Part shown: positions 58,855 through 64,000 of the stretch, piece by piece
Layout: each line of letters opens with the position of its first letter
Position numbering within the stretch: position 1 is the stretch's first letter
Assembly (NCBI RefSeq): GCF_964355755.1
Contig: NC_092672.1
Span: 7,136,441-7,200,440 of the forward strand
DNA length: 64,000 nt
Direction: 5' to 3'
DNA from: Antedon mediterranea
Taxonomy: Eukaryota > Animalia > Echinodermata
Position numbers and translations under genes: made by a program
Notes under the pieces: generated by a model
Seen by the model: only the letters and a program-made list of their open reading frames with translations
The model's database searches: none
What the model was told of the DNA's origin: nothing

Positions 58855-59028
58855 ATGTCAACAACACATAGCAACAAAGTTCAGAACGTGTCATTCGACG
58901 TTCTTTTAGATGATTCTTGTAAAAATGACAAAACAAGAGTTCCCAAAAGACTCTTAGCAAACAACGGCTACAAATTGAGTGCAGACCAATTACAAATAAA
59001 GCAACAGGAGGCCGAGAAAAGGCGCCAG
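58855..59028 (+). CDS. Stathmin-like small coiled-coil protein, exon 1 (ATG 58855)
   Basis: MSTTHSNKVQNVSFDVLLDDSCKNDKTRVPKRLLANNGYKLSADQLQIKQQEAEKRRQ (cf. stathmin ...AFELIL...LSLEEIQKKLEAAEERRK); donor CAG|GTTTGT; frame of ORF 58702..59133. Confidence 0.55.
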
Positions 59029-59282
59029 GTTTGTTGGAATTGTGATGTATTTGTTTGTGCAAAAGCCATGGCAAACGTAGTCTGCTGCCGGAAAAAGAAC
59101 GGAACGAGAGCGTCGGGATGTACTGTAGAATAATATAATGATTCCTAGGCCTACAAAACTAACACTTTAAAAAAATTAGGCCTACCTACCTACCTACTAC
59201 TGTTTTGTTCTTTTCATATAAATGTCTTTTAATTCCAGGTTCCAGTGTTTTGTTTTATATTAATTTTTATATATTTCAACAG

Positions 59283-59519
59283 GCATGTAAAGATTATAAA
59301 TTGGCACAAATAAAACAAAGACAAGAACAGTGTAGAGTAATTGCAGCAAAGATGAAGGCGTTATTAGATTTAGATGCTAAACGCAAAGGATTGCCAGGAA
59401 CTGAATCAGTACCATCTGTATCAAGACGACATGCAGGGGACATGATAAAAAGTGTCGCAGATGACTTCAAAGGAATTGGAATCACATTAACAAATGATGT
59501 TACTATTACAGATAGCTGA
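59283..59519 (+). CDS. Stathmin-like protein, exon 2 (terminal)
   Basis: Acceptor tatatttcaacAG; ACKDYKLAQIKQRQEQCRVIAAKMKALLDLDAKRKGL...TDS*; ORF 59205..59519. Confidence 0.55.
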   Translation, partial: ACKDYKLAQIKQRQEQCRVIAAKMKALLDLDAKRKGLPGTESVPSVSRRHAGDMIKSVADDFKGIGITLTNDVTITDS

Positions 59520-59884
59520 AACAGAAGCTACTACAGTGTACTACTAGGCCTATTTGTTGAATGTAAGGATACTACTGGAACTCTCTGAAATTAAAATAGG
59601 ACATTCTATATAAGTAAACACAAGGAAAATCATAATAAACAAAACCTTTTTTATTAATAAGAAATAAGGAGGAATAAATAGGATAGATAAAAGGATAAAT
59701 AATAGCTTCTGTACAGTAGTAGCCGCCATGTTTCATAGGTGCGAGGACACGTGTATGAATAGATAAGAAAAACCGGACATAGAGACAATGCAGTTTAATA
59801 CATATTTTTAGTATATTGTTTATTGATATGTGGTTCAACAAGCACATGGAAATAGAAAGTCTGATCTGTGTATTATACGAATAA

Positions 59885-60070
59885 AGGGCCTTTCACACCT
59901 GTTCCGGCACGGTTCCGGTCCGGCGAATCGAACGCCAATGTTTCGTTTTCACGACGCTCCACGCGGCCAAGCACCAATTGATATGCGCGTAGCCGCGTAA
60001 AAACAAAACATTGACGTTCGATTGGATTTGCCGTCGCCGGACCGGAACCGTACCGGAACAGGTGTGAAAG
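59885..60070. mobile_element. GC-rich MITE-like element with ~35-bp TIRs
   Basis: tttcacacctgttccggcacggttccggtccggcg ... cgccggaccggaaccgtaccggaacaggtgtgaaag. Confidence 0.6.
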
Positions 60071-60979
60071 ATCCTTAACGCTGTTCTCCGTGTAATAAAA
60101 CGATAATAAACACATAAATAATGTAGTTTTGAGAGATTTAATACGTATAGTTTTACTAGTTACTGTCCAACAGTACAAAAATGTACATCCGGGAAACAAA
60201 CAATAACTGAGAGTCAAATATCTCAAAAGCAAACGTTTTGTTAAAGAATTAGTAAGTTAAGACTAAAATAAAGTTGTTCAAATTCCAGTCACCAGTGGCA
60301 AAATTAGATAGATTATTGAGTATAATGAAGGTATTCAAAGCGTTTTAATGTAAATGTTTTTAATACTTTAATTCGTATTATATAGTTGTTTGGTAATTAT
60401 TATAACAACATGTGTGAATATTTCAATAATACAATTATGAATGATACTGCAGAATTATGTCCCAGCTACTTAACTTCACATTATTGTGCTTTGAGGAAGC
60501 GACAGACCTTTCCTACCTTCCCTATATTTTTTGAAAGATCAACCGTTTCTGGACGATAGAGACGAAGAAGGCGGTAATTTCAACAGACCGTGACGAATCG
60601 AATGTGTACACATATTATGAAATTACTGGAAATTTATTTACGGAGAAGAATGATAAAAAGCCGTCCCACCAACCGCCGAGATATAGGCAATTGTTTGAAT
60701 TTGTTGAAAACACGCTGTTATTCCATGAAATAGAACTGTGTTATAACATACAATAACATTTGTTTCTTTTAAGTACAGTGTAATCAGGGAAGATACCTAA
60801 TGATTAAATGCAATGCAGTCAAATAAGCATCTCTCAGAACAGCAGTGCAGTCACAAATAAGCGAGACGTGTCAAAACTAAGCGGGTAATAAATACATTTT
60901 ATATATTACTGATAATATGCTTAAACACGTTAAATTCAGTTTACAATTTAGTTCAAATGTTGATCATGTACGGTGGTAG

Positions 60980-61275
60980 CTACATTGCTGATGCATTCCT
61001 CTGCATTCTCTCCGCAACTTCTACAAGTCCCTGTTCTTTCAAAGCAATGTACATAACCCCGACTTGATTTGTCACTTCGGTCTGCCGTTTCCTCCAAGAA
61101 CTTAACATATCCATAATCCTTCCAGAAACTGTTTTGTTATCACATTCAAAGTTTTGTACTTCTGTCCATGTAAATCCCAGTTCGATTGCCAATGGTTGCC
61201 AATAAGTTGAACCTATTTGCTTAGCCAAATTGTACAAGTGTTTATCGTCTAAATAACCACTACATCTACCAGTAT
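60980..61275 (-). CDS. Death-domain protein gene, terminal exon encoding the death domain (stop 60980-60982)
   Basis: Acceptor atacttacAG; DTGRCSGYLDDKHLYNLAKQIGSTYWQPLAIELGFTWTEVQNFECDNKTVSGRIMDMLSSWRKRQTEVTNQVGVMYIALKEQGLVEVAERMQ... fits the six-helix DD pattern; ORF 60980..61237. Confidence 0.65.
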
Positions 61276-61437
61276 CTGTAAGTATCGTAAACCAATGTCA
61301 AAACATACAAATCTTGATTTACCAAAATTGTTAGTTTTATTGTAATGAACCTAATATAATATTATCAACTAACATTATAATTTGTCTTTCTACGTAACCC
61401 AAATACGAAAATGAACAAACGTGGAATGGACAAACTA

Positions 61438-61479
61438 ACCTGATTTTATCAACGTTGCAGGTTTGCCTTGACTTTCTGA
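61438..61479 (-). CDS. Death-domain protein gene, 42-nt micro-exon (phase 1/1)
   Basis: Acceptor ttaatttctAG; (D)SESQGKPATLIKS; donor G|GTTAGT; links exon 3 to the DD exon in frame. Confidence 0.4.
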
Positions 61480-61657
61480 ATCTAGAAATTAAAAATACAA
61501 CGCATTATAGAATCTCACAATTTTAACTAATTAATTTTTCTTCAAATAAAAGTATAACACTGCCACTTGACCACCAACGATATCATATATATCAAAACAG
61601 ATAAAATAGTATACAGTATAACTAAAGTCATCAAAACATTTATTCGAATTATAATAC

Positions 61658-61868
61658 CTGGTGTCCTATTGTTAAACAATCGTTGCAGCTTGCTTGTTTT
61701 TATCGATTTGCCTCCGCATCGAACATTACCAAATTTTAAACAGTTTCCCAACTTGTAAAAGTGGTTTTTTTGGCAACCAATTCTCCAGCACAACACAAGG
61801 AACTCATAACCAGTTCTCTTCATTCCAGAGGTTATTACCTTAAGTTCTTGCTTAAGGAACTCTAACGC
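61658..61868 (-). CDS. Death-domain protein gene, exon 3 (Cys-rich segment; phase 0/1)
   Basis: Acceptor tatttatttttAG; ALEFLKQELKVITSGMKRTGYEFLVLCWRIGCQKNHFYKLGNCLKFGNVRCGGKSIKTSKLQRLFNNRTP; donor G|GTATTA; ORF 61542..61823. Confidence 0.5.
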
Positions 61869-62750
61869 CTAAAATAAATATGACGGCACTCTTTATAACT
61901 GTGTTTGTTGTTCGTGAACAGAGTTATTTTCCCAGAGAAATCTGAGAGAACTTTTGTCCAAATGGTCCAGAAAACACATGCCCCTAATCACGCGACAGGT
62001 TACCTTTGGGAATGGAGACCGACATTTTCTGAAGAAACGTATTGTTTTGATTTACTAATTCTGTTTTTTTTAAACATGCTTATAATTCTAGACGGTTGTT
62101 ATATATTTTATAAAACAATTACCTGCATACAGATCACTGGGCACGGCTGACCAGTTGTCATCTCAGTACCATCCTCACTCACTTCTGGCACACGTGATAT
62201 CGCCAGCTATAGTATTTTTCAAAGAAAAAAAAATGTTTCCACAAAAATCAGTATTAACTAACCGTCATTATTGGCCGACCGATGTACATATATACTGAAA
62301 CTATATATAACAAAATACAGATATAATGGTATACCATACCATAGGCCTACGGTACACAATTTACATAAGTATGCCTACTTAATTAGTATTGTTCAAAGTA
62401 GCCCAACATTGTCTTGGAAGCACAGTGTCAATAACAAGTTAAAGAATGATGCTTTGGGAAGTGACTTTCCAATTGAATCTTAAGTTGGGAAAAAGTCCAC
62501 ATCGTTCCGACCCATATACACTGCTTTTGCAACATCATTTCTATATAGAGCCTAGGCACGTGTGCGGATGGTTGTAATGATGATCTGCTATTAGTTGCCT
62601 CGTCTTTAGTTATCGTGAGGGGGTCATAGTGTAAGTATATCTTGCTTTTCCCTAGTCGTTTAAATTACAACAAGTGGTCGTCGAGAAATTCTATCAGTAG
62701 GCCTACAGGGAAAGGAAAAATATGAATGAAGTATTATAGGCCTACGGTAC

Positions 62751-63047
62751 CTTCAAAGCATACTTGTTACTTATAGTGACCTGACCAAGGCTAAGATCGT
62801 GATCATGTTCTAAGCAAACGGTAATCTTGTTGCTAAACAGTGTAGGCGCATGTGTAGTACATTCTTTCTCTTGTGTCATTTCAATTAAACTGACGACCAG
62901 GAGATGGAAGATGCTGTCAGGAAGAAAGTCATTCGATGCAATGTAGACAGATACCACATGATCTGGGTCACGTTCAATTGACATGCACCTTTCCATGTAC
63001 TTTAACCGACATGGTACAAAAAAAGATCGACTTGTCTCATGATTTTT
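62751..63047 (-). CDS. Death-domain protein gene, exon 2 (phase 0/0)
   Basis: Acceptor tattttctgatAG; KNHETSRSFFVPCRLKYMERCMSIERDPDHVVSVYIASNDFLPDSIFHLLVVSLIEM...NKYALK; donor AAG|GTACCG; ORF 62742..62996. Confidence 0.5.
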
Positions 63048-63445
63048 CTATCAGAAAATATAATAATTATAATAATGAATACATCATTTAAACAGTAATC
63101 AAGATTATAACATTTATTTCTTAATATTATCATTTTTTTTTAAATTATTGTTTAAATAATTATAGGCCTAATTTGTGAAGAGATCTGCTTAACAATGATT
63201 TTTTTTATAAACGATATTCATTATATAGTATTCATTACATTCATTTATATGCCTGAGGATGACTGTATGAAATAAGTAGGATTACAAAAGTGTGGGATTG
63301 GAATTAAACATATTTCATGAATGAATGTGCATCAACAATAGAAGAACACAATGATTAATAAGCAAATATTTCATACTAGTCATTAATCAAAGACTCGTCT
63401 TATATTCTTTAAGTAGAGCATCTTTGTTTGTCTTGTGAACATTAC

Positions 63446-63673
63446 ATTGCCATATAGTACTTCTACAAGGACAGAGAAAACTCCCTTTTCTGGAAATGTT
63501 CCTAAATTATACCGTACCTTAACTTGCTCACACAATAGGCCGAACTGTTTCATAAGCTCTAGAAACACTTCAAAGTTTGAGTCGTCTGATTCCAGTTCTT
63601 CTTGCCATACATGTCGGGCCAACTCCTCATGTAGAATACCTTCATTTTCAAGTTTACGCCATAGTTTAACCAT
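63446..63673 (-). CDS. Death-domain protein gene, candidate first coding exon (ATG 63673)
   Basis: MVKLWRKLENEGILHEELARHVWQEELESDDSNFEVFLELMKQFGLLCEQVKVRYNLGTFPEKGVFSVLVEVLYGN; donor AAT|GTAATG (phase 0); ORF 63383..63673. Confidence 0.45.
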
Positions 63674-63902
63674 AGTAGGCAGCTAAATGAAAGAAAACAA
63701 ATCTAATTTTGTGAACTACACCATCTACTAAAACGAAATCAATTAAGATTGTACTCAATGATGAATGATAATAATCTCAACAAACCATAGACCTGCTTCA
63801 TCTAAACATATCCTCTGTTAAAACGTGTAATAAGCGCTTGCCGGGTACCGAAGACTATAATAACATAAATATTGAAGGTATAATTTGAAAGTTTATGTTC
63901 TG

Positions 63903-64000
63903 GATCATGGCGTATATTAATAATAATAATAATAATAATATCCTAGATTTATATAGCGCCTAATGTTGTGAAACCTCTAAGCGCTGAACAGTATACCCTA
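63903..64000 (-). mobile_element. 3' tail of another copy of the same CR1/L2-like LINE family (body beyond window end)
   Basis: (taa)n tatcctagatttatatagcgcctaatg... parallels 17855-17890. Confidence 0.4.

Noticed and set aside
61658-61868. Possible P-loop (GNVRCGGKS) suggesting an NTPase/NACHT domain upstream of the death domain
   Set aside because: Spacing is GxxxxGGKS, not GxxxxGK[ST]. No Walker B or other NACHT motifs.

Overview
This window is eukaryotic rather than prokaryotic: an AT-rich (~64% AT) genome fragment with spliced multi-exon genes and animal-type transposons. The genome looks like a deuterostome marine invertebrate, possibly echinoderm-like, but taxon cannot be fixed from sequence alone. 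Exon coordinates were derived by hand from splice signals and reading-frame continuity; those not anchored to an ORF-track entry may be off by 1-2 nt.

Layout:
- 1-14432: a head-to-tail tandem array of ten ~1.4-1.6 kb units from two related non-coding families, R1 and R2. Every unit ends in a 9-10 bp-arm palindrome followed by CTAGTT, and R1 units have GGTTATCCGC/GCGGATAACC terminal inverted motifs. These are rolling-circle (Helitron/Helentron)-like hallmarks. Each R2-type unit carries a tRNA-derived module with an A-box-like (TAGTCAGTTG) and a B-box-like (GATCGAGTCTC) motif and a T-run.
- ~16950-22500 (-): a degenerate L1-like LINE. Its ORF1 is Transposase_22-like and is preceded by a 2A-peptide motif (GDIESNPGP). 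Its ORF2 carries an APE endonuclease, RT and a CCHC region. A CR1/L2-clade 3' fragment with an (ATT)n tail is nested inside it.
- 23726-24361: an 18-bp minisatellite followed by (TAC)n.
- 24564-36632 (+): a 22-exon, phase-compatible mosaic receptor gene. It encodes seven SRCR domains, a C-type lectin domain, an LDLa, a kringle, six more LDLa, LRRNT with five LRRs and LRRCT, then a rhodopsin-type 7TM (LGR type-C-like core). Candidate extra C-terminal tail exons lie downstream, including a tandemly duplicated acidic exon.
- 41762-47470 (-): an SLC25A1-like mitochondrial citrate carrier, 6 exons. SINE-like repeats in inverted orientation flank its exon 4.
- 48555-51478 (+): a tektin, 5 exons, with the RPNVELCRD signature. 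It is divergently arranged with the SLC25A1-like gene.
- 53805-57851 (-): an RMND1-like (DUF155) gene, about 8 exons.
- 58855-59519 (+): a small stathmin-like gene, 2 exons.
- 60980-63673 (-): a death-domain protein gene, 5 exons.
- Scattered through the window are MITE-like elements, long perfect palindromes and tandem duplications.
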